A stretch of 61,297 bases of DNA, counting the filler, from Catajapyx aquilonaris (taxonomy: Eukaryota), in the NCBI GenBank assembly GCA_000934665.2. It is 2 parts of 2 records of this genome, joined end to end, with 100 filler letters (N's around TTAATTAATTAA, not from the genome) between each part and the next. Parts side by side here need not be neighbours in the genome. Positions count along the whole stretch, not along the records: positions 1 to 30,477 come from KZ539185.1; 1 more part is not named here. The stretch is one strand, 5' to 3'. The notes below the pieces were generated by a model. The model was not told where the DNA came from, made no database searches, and worked only from the letters and a program-made list of their open reading frames with translations. A program made the translations under genes and the position numbers. Below are positions 12,867 through 24,345 of this stretch, one piece after another (position 1 is the stretch's first letter; each line of letters begins with the position of its first letter).

Positions 12867-13563
12867 CAGGGCTATTCAAAATGAATCACCTGGTTTAAAA
12901 AAATCGTCACACATAAAGTACTTGAGACAGGATGAAAAAAAAATTTCAGTTGTATTAGAAAACTATTCAAGTTTTTTTAGCTGCATTACAAATGCTCAAT
13001 ATGTGCGCCCTTTGTCACTCCGCAGACATCCACCCGAAAATACATTTCTTCCCATACACGTCCCAGCATGTCAGGGGTGATGCTTTCAATGGCGCTTCTG
13101 ATACGCTCCTGCAGTGCCGGGATAGTAGTTGGTGGACGAGGAACAAAAACTTTATCCTTCACATAGCTCCAGAGGAAGAAATCGGATGGGGTTAGGTCAG
13201 GAGAACGAGGTGCCCAGGACAAGAGCTTCTGATCAGTCTCTGTCCCACGTCCGATCCATCGCTTTTCATTCACTTTTTAACAAATTTCGTGCGGAAATGC
13301 CGCTGATCGGTGATTATGGACTGATTTTGATGAAAATCCAGCACTCAAAATGCCTTCTCACCAGAGATGCTGTTTTCACTACCATTAGTCGCCATTTTGC
13401 AAAAACTGTCCTTTGGCGGCCAGAGACGAAAGCTACTGGATTGGTGGGTGGTACGAAATAAAACTTGAACACTTTCCCTATCCAACTGTGTAGCTATCAT
13501 TGTCGTATTTTTAAAGGCACTGGCAATAAAAAAATCACGAAACCAGGTAATTCATTTTGAATA
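12867..13563 (-). mobile_element. Deleted Tc1/mariner element with transposase C-terminal remnant
   Basis: TA|CAGGGCTATTCAAAATGAATCACCTGGTTT TIR with matching right end; ORF 12986-13273 WAPRSPDLTPSDFFLWSYVKDKVF...GAHIEHL. Confidence 0.9.
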
Positions 13564-13664
13564 TATATATTCATATTATATTAGCACGTATTTTCGAGCC
13601 AGTCAGACAGCTTTTGGAGGCGGATTCATAGAAACAGTTACAGGCTGCAGGCGGTCTATAAAGC

Positions 13665-14096
13665 CAGCGGTTCTTAACCTGGGGTGCGAGAAGGGTGCCA
13701 AATGTACCATAATGGTACACAAAAAATACCATAATTTCGCCAAGTCCAATGTTACTCTGTAATTCCACGTCCATGAAAAAAAGTGCTACCAATGTTGTCA
13801 AATAAACACCCTGACACCTATTCAAATCTCCCAGTGAGTTACATTCACCTAAGATTGTGTGACCTTGAACCAAATTNCCCCCCCCCCCCCCATCTTACAA
13901 CTTGTTATACTCTTTCATTGAAGGCTATTTCATTTAAATTAACTCTCATTTTAATTAAATACGCGATTTTGGCACTGGCTGAGAGCAAGGTGTACCTCTA
14001 ACTCTGAACTTAATCTATCCCCCTGTTATAGGGGGTGCGACAAGGACCAACTGTCTTTAAAGGGGTGCAGAGGCCCGAAAAGGTTAAGAATCACTG
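13665..14096. mobile_element. hAT-like MITE
   Basis: TIRs cagcggttcttaacct / aggttaagaatcactg; shorter relative at 59340-59533. Confidence 0.8.
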
Positions 14097-14485
14097 GTCA
14101 AGACTGGCCTAGGGTAGCAAAGAAGGCTAATCTGCCACTGACCACAGTCGAGTATTTTAAATACAGCAGTTTTTGGTATCAGTAACTTAGAATCTATTAT
14201 GCAATTGTCGTGTGAAAGTGAAATCCCGTATCGACCGGCAGTAGTGTACAAGGCTGAAGATGACAATACTAGTGATGAAAGTTCTGTACCCAATTCATCC
14301 ACAAGTGATGTAATGGGGAAAGATTTTCCTATCTCATGGTTCGAGACACTGGCGCCAAATGCCCCAATTCCAACAACCTCAGGCAATATGTCAACAGATC
14401 AGGCCACACCACAAACACTTAACAAGGCCTCGACCTTGGACAGTGAAGAAAAAACTTAATGTGCAAGGGGTAGAAAATGGGTAAA

Positions 14486-14839
14486 TATTTTATTTATTTA
14501 TTTTTATTTTACCCCATTGAGAGATCATCGCTCTATTAGTGGAGTGGAACACCACCATATTTTCCATTTTCTTAATTTTCTTCAGCTCCGTGCAAGGATG
14601 ACAGGACATGGGGTAGGGGTGGGGGATTTTGGGAAGAAGACACCGGTGCAGTGCAATGTCATAAACTGGGTCATGTGCAGTCTCCCTGGAGGTTAGGTTG
14701 CCAGACACCTCCACGGCGCAGGTCAGAGATCCTCCTGGCGCAGGTGAAAGGGAACTCCCAGGCAGGGACGAACCCGGGACAGGCGGGACCTTTCACTCAG
14801 CAAGCCAAGACGTTACCATCTTGGCCACCACACCTCCCC
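14486..14839 (-). mobile_element. tRNA-derived SINE, family 2
   Basis: Minus head ggggaggtgtggtggccaagatggtaac...gggttcgtccc; A-rich tail; TSD agaaaatgggt (14472-14482, 14840-14850); relatives at ~49070-49445 and ~51670-52028. Confidence 0.85.
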
Positions 14840-15263
14840 AGAAAATGGGTCAAAATAGTAACTTGGAATATTGCAGAGTTCAATATTTTAAATGCATGGA
14901 GCGTTACGAAAAATATAATTAAGGAAGTAACAATTGCAGGTTTTGTCGAAACATGAACGGAAAAAGAGTTGAACCGTTAAATTTTCCCCTACAATTTCAA
15001 ATTTTTCAAAGTAAAGCGGTTAGGGCGTCTTTTGGCGCGCATCCGGAGGCCTTTTTTTGGTAGTGTATTCGGAACTTCGAAGTTGCAGTTGACACTTAGT
15101 ACATAGTTGTCGAGATAGAAGGAAACAGGAAAGACAAGGTTCGGCTAATATTTATTGCCCTCCCTCTTGCACAATCAGTGTACAAATGGAACCGGCCCAT
15201 ATGAAAATTAATACAAGAAGCAATGGATAAAAGCGTCCCAGCAATATTAATGGAGGATTTTAA

Positions 15264-15595
15264 GGGGAGGCGGAGTGGTGCTGCGGTAACGTATGCGCCC
15301 ACGGATGTTAAGGTCCCAGGTTCGATCCCAACCCGGGGACACCCCCTTCATCTCGTGCAGAGTTCAGGGTCACCTCTGGCTTTGTCTCGGGTGGTATTTC
15401 CGCAGACTAAACCGCCCAGGGGAGTTCACTAAAAATGGCCACGTTTAAGACATTGCACTGCACCTTGCACATCCCCTCCTGTCATCCTGCCCGTGGGCCC
15501 GGGCGCTACGTGTAAAGGCTCAAAATAATGTACTTGACACAATAAATAAAGGTCCGTGCTGCATACCTCAGATGAGGTCAAGCACTACCCCGGAA

Positions 15596-15650
<55 letters not shown>
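15264..15650 (+). mobile_element. tRNA-Arg-like SINE with (ATT)n tail
   Basis: A/B boxes; 14-bp TSD atggaggattttaa / atgggggattttaa duplicating the LINE GDFN codons. Confidence 0.92.
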
Positions 15651-15652
<2 letters not shown>

Positions 15653-15682
15653 GGGGGATTTTAATGCCTGTATAGGAAATTA

Positions 15683-16289
15683 CAGGGTGATTCTCCCGAA
15701 TGGAAACCCAAACATTCCTCAATAACTTTTTCACTATGGTATGGTTCCCAATGAAAATTGACATGTACTTACCTTGTATCATGCCAAACAAGGTCTGACT
15801 AAAGAATATACCACAAGTGGTCCCCTCCAGCATCCATGAATTTTTTAATGCGAGTCTGCATATTGCCGAAGAATCCTGCAGATGTGGTGGCAGGGATGGC
15901 ATCAATCTCCTGCCCGCCGCACACTGTAAGCCGTCTTTGAGAGCATAAATTGTTCGAGAGTTAATTTTCAACAAACTCCGCGAGAAAAAAAACCAACCCA
16001 TCATTCCCCAAAATTAATTGGACTGTTCCCGTGGCCTTGAGATGACCTCTCGCCAAGCAGGTGTTTCACTCCCGCCAAGGCAGTGTCCACATCTGCAGGA
16101 GTCTGGCAATATGCAGACTTGCATAAAAAATTTCTTGGATGCTGCAGGGGACCACTTTTGGTATGTTTTTTAGTCAGACCTTGTTTGACATGATACAAGG
16201 TAAGTACATGTCAATTTTCATCGGGAACCATACCATAGTTAAAAAGTTATTGAGGAATGTTTGGGTTTCCATTCGGGAGAATCACCCTG
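15683..16289. mobile_element. Tc1/mariner MITE with ~200-bp TIRs
   Basis: TA|CAGGGTGATTCTCCCGAATGG ... CCATTCGGGAGAATCACCCTG|TA. Confidence 0.9.
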
Positions 16290-17030
16290 TACAATACATA
16301 ACATAAATGAATCAGACCTTTTACTCTACTGGAACGTACAAAGACAAGCGAAAGATGAAACACGAAATTCAAACGGAAACAAATTGGTTGAGGTAATAGA
16401 TTACTTATCTCTATTCATTTTAAATGGCACGATGGGTTAAAGATTTCAAGATATTCCTGGTAACAGAATCAGACAATTTCATATTACAAGGCATAATCAA
16501 ATTCCCCCACGTAGTCGAATCGACAAATGGGTTCTTAACAAAGGAGGTAATCTCACCATTAGATGGCTTTGGTTTTTTGAATGAAGAATTTACTTGGATA
16601 TTAGGGACATTTGGGGGCATAGACAGTGAACTAGACAAGCAAATGAGTTTTTTCAACACCAGTATAACAGAAGCACTCCAGGACTTTGGGCTATTAAGCA
16701 CTACATCAGGCAAAGATCCAAATGACTTGAGGTTGAATTTTGCACGTTGATTCGATGTCGAAACGGCACAAGCGAAGGAACACATAAAGGGGTTATTGAA
16801 AATCTGGAGTAAGTCTGAGTCCCCGGAAGACAGAGAAGCCTACATAACTCAAAGAAAGGGCTATAAGAACATGATCGTGGCAAAAAAGAAAACATTTCGC
16901 CCCAACTCTGAGACAGAGATTACTTAAACCTTCATCCCCCGCCGAACTTTGGGCAGCAGTGAAAAACACAAAGAAACTTAAACCAAGGCCAGAGGTAGAA
17001 GAAGACAAATGGTGACAGTTTTTGGAATTT

Positions 17031-17270
17031 TCCCGGTTGGTGTGGTGGTTAAGGAGTCCGACTGCTAATCGGGAAGTCCTGAGTTCGATTCCAGGGCCGG
17101 CGATCCTGATCGTGGTTTTCTGGGGATAATTCCGGGATCACTTCCATAAAATAGGCCACAGCCGCTTCCTTCCTTCCCTATCCTTGGCCCCATCCAATGG
17201 TGGTATTCCACCCCCCTAATGGAGTGCCTATTCTCCCAATGGGGTAAAAGAAATAAATAAAAATAAAAAA
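17031..17270 (+). mobile_element. tRNA-Ser(GCT)-like SINE
   Basis: tggtgtggtggttaagg...gactgctaatc...gagttcgattcc head; tail tggtggtattccacccccctaa...ggggtaaaagaaataaataaaa. Confidence 0.75.
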
Positions 17271-17494
17271 TCATCCCAGATCACGTCACTAGTCGCCAAT
17301 TGCGAACTGGTAATAGTAAACCCAGGAATTGAATTAACGCCATTGGACCCAGAACTCGATAAACCCTTAACACTGTTGGAGCTTTCTATCAAGAAGCTCA
17401 AACCAAAAACAGCACCAGGTGCTGATTTAATATCCAATAAGCTAATTAAAGAATGTGCTTCAAGTATTTTGGAAACTTTATTTGTAATCTTTAA

Positions 17495-17847
17495 CACTTA
17501 ACTGGTGACCTGGGGTCTTTCAACACCCCAGGTGCAATTTTTTGTTATAACATGTTTAATTGTAGTTAGGTATATGATTTTTTAAATTCCGTTCTACGGC
17601 AGCTAGAGAGTTGAAAATTAAACCAAATTGTAGAAAACAGTTGTAGAAACTAGTCGTCGCTGGCTACCCCAGTTATGGGATTATGCCGTGATGTATGTAT
17701 GTATGTAGAAAACAGTTGCAGGTGTTGTGTAAAAAAATTAAAAAGCAAATATCATTAAATGCAATTTATATTTAAAAAATCCCCTGGGGTCTTTAAACAC
17801 CCTAGGTCACCGTGAGTGTTAGGATTTTCCAGGTCACTAGTTAAGGG
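17495..17847. mobile_element. piggyBac-type MITE containing a short retroposon tail
   Basis: TTAA|cacttaactggtgacctgg ... ccaggtcactagttaaggg|TTAA; internal ~60-nt insert ending (ATGT)n flanked by TSD gtagaaaacagttg. Confidence 0.8.
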
Positions 17848-18461
17848 TTAAACACAGTCTAAATTCACAACAAATTCCGAAAAATTAGAGTCAGGTGAGG
17901 ATAACCCCCATATTTTAAAATGGAGACAGATCCCTGCCGGAAAATTATTGGCCGATAGCAATCTTGTATAACACGTTTAAACTATTCACATCAATTTTAA
18001 CGAACAGATTGCAGGAATGCGAATGCTCTGATGAGCACAATATTCTCTCAGACTGGCAAGCAGCATTTCGTAAAAATAGAGGCTGTATGGATCACCTTTT
18101 CACATTTCATATTCTCATTCAGAAATATTTGGCTAAGCCCAAGGGAAAACTATATGCACTATTTTTATAGACTTATCTAAGGCATTTGATTCACTTACAC
18201 ACAACAGACTTTTCAACAGACTAAGGCAGTCAGTTATAGAATGACCTCGCTTCTTAAACACATCTATGCCAAATTAGAAATGGTAGCATCACAAGAGTTG
18301 GAGACCATCAGAATAAATTGTTACTGGTTTGCCACAAGGTGAACCCTTCTTTAACCTATAGCCTAAAATGAAAATGCTAAAAAATCGCATTATTGTGCAA
18401 AAAGGGCACATTTCAGGCCGTCCAATGCCATTGTTAGCTGCATGCTACAAGTGTGAAATTA

Positions 18462-19207
18462 CGTGGGTCGTCTGATAATTATTAGCAACCCTGTTACCAC
18501 GCGGCACCCCAGGCTGCCAGGACCGAATGTGGATAAGTACTTTTAGAGTCGTCCCTGGGGAACCCTATGGTAACATTTGCGAAGCACTCGCAGCAGTAGG
18601 TGCGGAGCAATGCCTGTTCAAAGTGTACCCCCTCCACGTGATCACCCTAAAGACAGCTCTGCTTCAACAAGATTCCTGTTCGTTCCTGTTTCATGTGGAA
18701 AATCTTCCAGACAGCATCATCAAGGTCATGTGCAGGTGTGTTGCGACTCTGCCTCCCGTATCCTTCCATTGCAAGGTTCATACAAGCATTTCAAGAAGGC
18801 CCCCTCCCATACCGCAACAAACCCGACCCATTGCGAAGCTGGAACAACTTTGTTGGATATGGACCGGCGATGGACCTGCATCGAATTGGCTATGGAAATT
18901 GGAAAGCATTGGAAAGGAATTGGGAATGGGAGCTGTTGGCACAAGAGATCAACTACAAAAATTAAGGAACCCTTACATTACTTTCGTTTCTGTAAGAGGG
19001 AAGCATATCATAGGGCTGTCTCTGTGTGGCACCTCCACAAAAAACGCTGCTGAGGGCGTTCAAAGCTTTCTATGACTATGGAAAAATGTGATAAAAATAG
19101 CTGAGGACTACACCTAGCAGATGTAGGTAATGTGAAATGTTGATGTGTGTACCCATACTGGTACGAAAATTACAGCAGTGTTGCCAATAATTATCAGACG
19201 ACCCATG
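18462..19207. mobile_element. Tc1/mariner-type non-autonomous element
   Basis: TA|cgtgggtcgtctgataattattagcaac ... gttgccaataattatcagacgacccatg|TA. Confidence 0.85.
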
Positions 19208-19889
19208 TAATATCGTGACATCTGGTAATTACTTCAGTAGAAGGACAACATCACAAGAGAAGCAGTCTTGGAAATAATAAATACTGAAATGTCGGTTTTC
19301 CTGCCGTCATTTGGTCATCTTGGCACTGAATTTAAAAATTTGCTGCGGATGAACCACTCAGGGGGGCTGAACCTGTGACGGGATTTGGCCCGCGAGATAA
19401 ATACAACTGTGGGTCCTCTTAATTTCCACCATTTATTTTAGTCGCCAAAGTAGGTAAAGAGGTAGTGTGAGGAAGGAAAGGGAAGGGATGGTTAGTGACC
19501 TCCCCGAAGGGAAAGCTCAAAGAGCCTTGAATGGTCGGAGGTTGTCGCTGAAATACACACGACCGCCCAATGCATGATGGGAGTGGTGAGGTGTACAAGG
19601 TTGGCAGATGAATACAAGCAACAGTGTGAAGACAAAGTATACATACATGAACCAGCGTCTAGTACAGAAAATAGTCTGGTACCAAACCATTATTAAATCG
19701 TTAGGTCAATCTTGAAAAGACGCTTTTTTTGAACACACACAGATTGAAAATTGCCCTAGCTGTATATTGAGAAAAATGACCCCAAAAATGACCAAATGAC
19801 AGGAAAACTGACATTTCAGTATTTATAATTTCCAAGACTGCTTGTCTTGTGATGTTGTCCTTCTACTGAAGTAATTACCAGATGTTCAT

Positions 19890-20036
19890 GTATCATCAGT
19901 TCAGAAAGAATTGTCCCAGTCATCCTGACGTGTGGGCTGGCCGCTCGACACACACCATGTAAGTTACATGGTGTGTGTCGAGCGGGCAGCACACACATCA
20001 GGATGACTGGGACAATTCTTTCTGAACTGATGATAC
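19890..20036. repeat. 147-bp near-perfect hairpin (probable tiny MITE)
   Basis: gtatcatcagttcagaaagaattgtcccag...catgtaa G ttacatg...ctgggacaattctttctgaactgatgatac; flanks tcat / tcac. Confidence 0.9.
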
Positions 20037-20095
20037 TCACGATATTAATTTCACCACTCGCAGCATGTGGATGCGCCCTTTTTGCACAACAATGG

Positions 20096-20609
20096 GCAGT
20101 CTTGAAACAAGGACATGTCCCCCCCAGCCAGGATGTCCATCATCCCCTCCTTGGCTTCTGCACAGGTCCCATGGATATGTACCTCCAGGTACCTCCCTCC
20201 CTTGGACATAATGGCCTCTGCTATCAAACAACTCACTTTGGGGTCATTGGTGCAGGCCATTCCAACGTATCCCTTTCCTTTTGGGGTTGGTGGTGTGTTA
20301 AAGAGCATCTTTAACACACCACCAACCCCAAACATTACTTCCTTAGCAGAATCAGGGTTTTCAAGGCAGCTGATGGTGATGTCCGCTGCCTGCACGACCT
20401 CCGAAGTTGCCTGGCATTCCTTCGAATTGGAGCTCCAATCGACCACCTGGAGCTCCAACCCGAAGGAATGCCAGACCCTTCATGAGAATGCGTTTACCGA
20501 TGTCAGCGACAATCACACCAACGCGTTGGTGTGACTTTAGCTTTCTAGACACAAGATTGGATTTCTGGGCGTTGCAATGCCCAGAAATCCAATCTTGCAT
20601 CTAGAAAGC
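20096..20609 (-). pseudogene. GLYR1: GLYR1/NP60-like (3-hydroxyisobutyrate dehydrogenase fold) pseudo-exon
   Basis: After acceptor ccccactttag: KIGFLG..VGVIVADIGKRILMKGL..QVVDWS..EVVQAADITISCLENPDSAKEVMFGVGGVL..GKGYVGM..IAEAIMSKGGRYLEVHIHG..AKEGMMDILAGGDMSLFQDC, colinear with the recalled GLYR1 dehydrogenase domain; stop and frameshift come from inverted insertions; truncated by a transposon arm. Confidence 0.8.
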
Positions 20610-21319
20610 TAAAGTGGGGAAAAAACATTCCAATGCATTTCATCACATAGTTCCACTAGGCAAAACAATGACTGGCCAAATTTGACAATGCAACTGTTAG
20701 TCCACTTCTGCATGCAAAGTTTGGAGACAACTTTGTCCTCCATAACGTAGTTGCCACAAAGAGACATTACTGACACCAATTTTCATCAATTGAAGGGTCC
20801 TAGATAAAAAACGCACTTTTTTGGGGGGGCGGGGGGAGGGGGGGGGTGCAGCAATTATGTAGGCTATTTTAAGCCGCATTTACATGGGAGCGATTTATCA
20901 GCAATGTTGCAGTGATGTACATAGCTTATAAATTATGACTTTCTTTGTAAACGCGGCTTTAATGCCATTGTACATTCGTGTATGTAGCTGAACTACGGCA
21001 ACTTACGGAAATAAAAAGTTTCATGATGTACCAGTGAAAGTTGAGTAATCAGCGATTTTAGCTCATTTTACCACCAGTTTTTGGAAGTTTTTTGCTGTTT
21101 TTGATCTCAGATCCCTCAATATTATTGTTGAATTTATATACAATCATGTTGTTGTTTTTTTCCAGCTGTACCATGATCCTATCACGAACAAAATCCCGTT
21201 TCCTCCCGCAATCAAAATCCATCACTCGCAGGCAATGATTAAAGACGGTTCACGAAAAGATGATCCCCTAAGAGGCCCAAGAGGCCTATCACGGGGTATT
21301 CATTCCTATTCATTGGCTT

Positions 21320-22660
21320 ACTTTATGCTGTGACATGACTGTCAACATGTTTGCAATCTAATGGAGCTGTTAATTATTGGCAGGCTAGGGACATTTTTGG
21401 ATCCATTTGTGGGCCTGTGGGCATGCAAGAGGAAACACACACATGCATTGTCACCTTGTTGTCGTCTTGGAGGGTCGATGTCACGTCCTTCGCAGCCACA
21501 GAGACGTCCTGTGGGGCAGTGACCACACTGGGCTGGTCGTGGCCAGCAATGAGGGGACCAGTCGAAACATGGTCCATGGCTGCCCCTTCTTCTAGGGCTA
21601 CATTCTTGGGCACACCTGTCACCTGCATTTTGATCATGAGTTGAACTACTACCAACACTACATGTCAACTTAATTACCCTGAACCCGACATCACCAGTAA
21701 GGAAAAATATTCATGACCTTATGAGTATGTCCACAAAATTTTGCCTGCCTAATTTCATCCAAAGCAGCACATAATATTTTATCTCACTGTTCAACATATT
21801 CATTTGATCAACCCTTGCATCATTGGGCACTCATTGATGCATAAATATGCAATGGACTGGTTGAAAAAATTGTATGCAAAGACTTCTGCCTCATACTGTA
21901 TACATATGTGAGGAAATTGTGAAATGATAGTGAAATGGTATTTGATAACTTCTCACATTTCTCCCCGCATCAGTTACATGAAGTTACACTCTTGCCAAGT
22001 TTCAGCATTCTCTGTAGTCCAAACGTGGGTTTAGGTAGCCCCGGATATACAGACAATCTCTGTGCATTATTATATCAGATTCTTTGTAGTCCGAAAGTGG
22101 GTTTAGGTAGCCCCGGTCATACAGGCAACTCTCTGCATAATTATCTCTGTAGTCCGAAAGTGGATTGAGGTAACCCTGGACATACAAATGCTCTGCTTTT
22201 TAATGGTAAGAATCGTAAGATACTATGTATGGCTATTATTCATAAATAAAAGTTTGTTCCTGCTCATATCAAACACAAATAAATATTTTTGGGGGGCTCA
22301 CATTCAATGCAATAACTACATTCTTCTGCGGAATCAGCTCCTGTGTATCTCAAAGTAAGACCCCATTCATTTCAAGTAATGCACTTATGCTGTGACATGA
22401 AAGTGATCATATTTGTAACACATTCCAACTCTTAGGCTAGGGACATGTTGGGTCCATTTGTGGGCCTGCGGACATGCAAGAAGATATGAAATAATCCTGC
22501 ATTGTCACCTGCATATTTTTCTCAGTTACGGTCAGTGTCCCAGAATTTGGAGTAATGTCCTCTGGGGCAGTGTCCACATTGGGCCCCTCGTGGCCATGAT
22601 GGGGAGTCCCCACCTGGTGGTCAGCTTTAGGAGGACTCTCGGGCTGGGTGTTGTCCATGG
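21320..22660 (-). repeat. Diverged direct duplication (~280-bp units at ~21320-21600 and ~22382-22660) with low-complexity ORFs
   Basis: Shared ttatgctgtgacatga and aggctagggacat...ccatttgtgggcctg..catgcaaga; both ORFs end ...SSCMxxGPQMDP. Confidence 0.75.
22009..22187. repeat. Three-copy minisatellite (~65-70-bp unit)
   Basis: tgtagtcc(a/g)aa.gtgg.tt.aggta.ccc.g..atac repeated three times. Confidence 0.85.
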
Positions 22661-23840
22661 CAGAACGTCGAGAGGTGATCAGTAGGCGCTTCTGGGTCTC
22701 CTGGGCAGAGGCGGACTGGTGTTTTCTCTTGATTTGCTGTGTGGATATTGAGGCGGTTAAGTTACCTCTGGTTTCGGTGGGTGTACATAAGCGGCTGGTC
22801 AACTTCTTGCTGAGTTGCTTCTTCGCCTGAACAGACGGTCAACGCAAGTTAATCACTGGCAGGGTGAGGCCAGCTTGGGGATTATTGGCAAGCATGGGAG
22901 AAACAATGTTTCGATCAGAGGCAGGTCATGAGAGAGTGTTAAGCATGGCTAAATGAGGTTTCATACTGAGGGTTACCTGTTGACTTTCTTTGTTGTTGTG
23001 CATTGGGGTATATTGTGTGGGTCTGAGTTCTCCCGAAAGAGCCTATGTAGGTTTATCACGTATGTAGGTGTGGAAAATAAATATGAAAATAAACTAAACT
23101 GAAATGAAATGAGCATTATGAAACTTCCTGAGATTGCAGGTACTACACACTTCAGGTTTAGGTTTATTAGGAAGGAGCCAAAGCAACTGTGGCTATATAT
23201 ATATATATTATGATGGAACTTGTGGCTATATTGGGCCATGCTCCTGCTGAGCATTTCTATAAATGAATGTCGTCCCCTTGACCATTGCAGAAGCGCCGAG
23301 ATATTATGACTCATCATATTTTGCGAATAATGACCTCCAGTACAAGGCAATGCAGCATTTCATTGGTGATATTTTACGTGCAGCAAATATCCAACCCCCA
23401 GCAAATAAATTAAACATGCAGCCCTACATTATATTCAGCCCCAAATGAAATTTACTGCTTATTATAACCTCCTGGCATCAGATCACACTCTGCATCCAAC
23501 ATTGCAGCAACGCCATGCATATGTGGTGGGCATGTACTTCCAATCATCCCCTACCGTTTAGTAAAGCATCGGCCTGTCTTTTTAAAATACCAATAATTAT
23601 AATGCTTCCACCTCTCTCCAAACTTTCCTGGATGTAAGAAAAAATTCTGGTGGACCCCTCTCTCCCTGCTTTGTTCCTTGCATAAGTCCACAAGTCACAG
23701 TAAGCCCACATCGTCAAGAACACTTATTAACTTGAAATCAACAGGATTTTTAAATTGGTATAGCCTTGACAGAATGTAGCAATATATCTTGGGGCAATAT
23801 TGGCTAAATACTGGCATAATATTGAGCAACATTGGATATA

Positions 23841-24345
23841 CAGGGTGGACGGAAAGTTTCGGNNNNNNNNNNNCCCCCCCCCCCCCCCAGGTTTTTTAAC
23901 CCAACTTTTCACAGTGTCTTTTCACATCTTTTAAAAGTCCACAAGCAGTTGTAATGTACAGTACACTATCTTTTGAAGCATAATCTTGAGAACATCTGAG
24001 CACCTTCGCTCTCGCAGCAATTCCATTAATAACTTCGCCTCTGTGATTCATCTAAACATCCAATCTGTTTTGCGTTCATTTTGCTTGTTGCCTTGGAGGA
24101 CCCCAGGTCATATTCCGCGTCAGCTAAGGTTTTTATGACCCTTTTCCATGAGTTCTCCTTCATGCAAATGTTGTGAACTCACTCCTGACCTTATTTTTCG
24201 CATTGGTCCATAACCTGGTCCAATAAAAATTTGAAAAGGAATGCATGAAATGGCCGACCCGGAACTGCTTGTGGACTTTTAAAAGATGTGAAAAGACGCT
24301 GTGAAAAGTAGGGTTAAAAAACCTGGGGGGNTTCCGTCCACCCTG
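23841..24345. mobile_element. Tc1/mariner MITE nested in an element rich in CCAATATTGG motifs (~23780-24960)
   Basis: TA|CAGGGTGGACGGAA ... TTCCGTCCACCCTG|TA; inverted arms extend ~110 bp. Confidence 0.85.

Larger units (their letters stand above)
12743..14140. mobile_element. hAT-like non-autonomous element with two nested insertions
   Basis: TIRs cagtgccggattagc / gctaatctgccactg; degenerate 8-bp TSD actgcagt / accacagt. Confidence 0.65.
14141..18360 (+). mobile_element. Degraded LINE (APE endonuclease + reverse transcriptase; CR1/L2-like clade uncertain) with six nested insertions
   Basis: Motifs in order: KIVTWNIA (~14850), FVET, ILM/GDFNA (split by a SINE), RNSNGNKL, VIDY, KTAPGADLI (~17405), NYWPIAIL, QAAFRKNRGCMDHLF, DLSKAFDS, GLPQGEP (~18325); boundaries approximate. 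Confidence 0.85.
18388..20095. mobile_element. Foldback element with long inverted arms, each interrupted by a later insertion
   Basis: Inner arms 19218-19320 / 19788-19885 are near-perfect inverses; outer arms cattattgtgcaaaaagggcacat...gtgaaatt[MITE]aatatcgtga match the reverse complement of 20037-20095. Confidence 0.7.

Noticed and set aside
15264..15335. tRNA-like sequences (also near 1527, 12413, 17031, 41695, 56813)
   Set aside because: They have A/B boxes but no proper acceptor stem and are attached to SINE bodies, tails and TSDs; not tRNA genes
22009..22187. Repeat-spacer-like pattern suggesting CRISPR
   Set aside because: Eukaryotic context, only three degenerate units, the 'spacers' resemble each other, and there are no cas genes; a minisatellite
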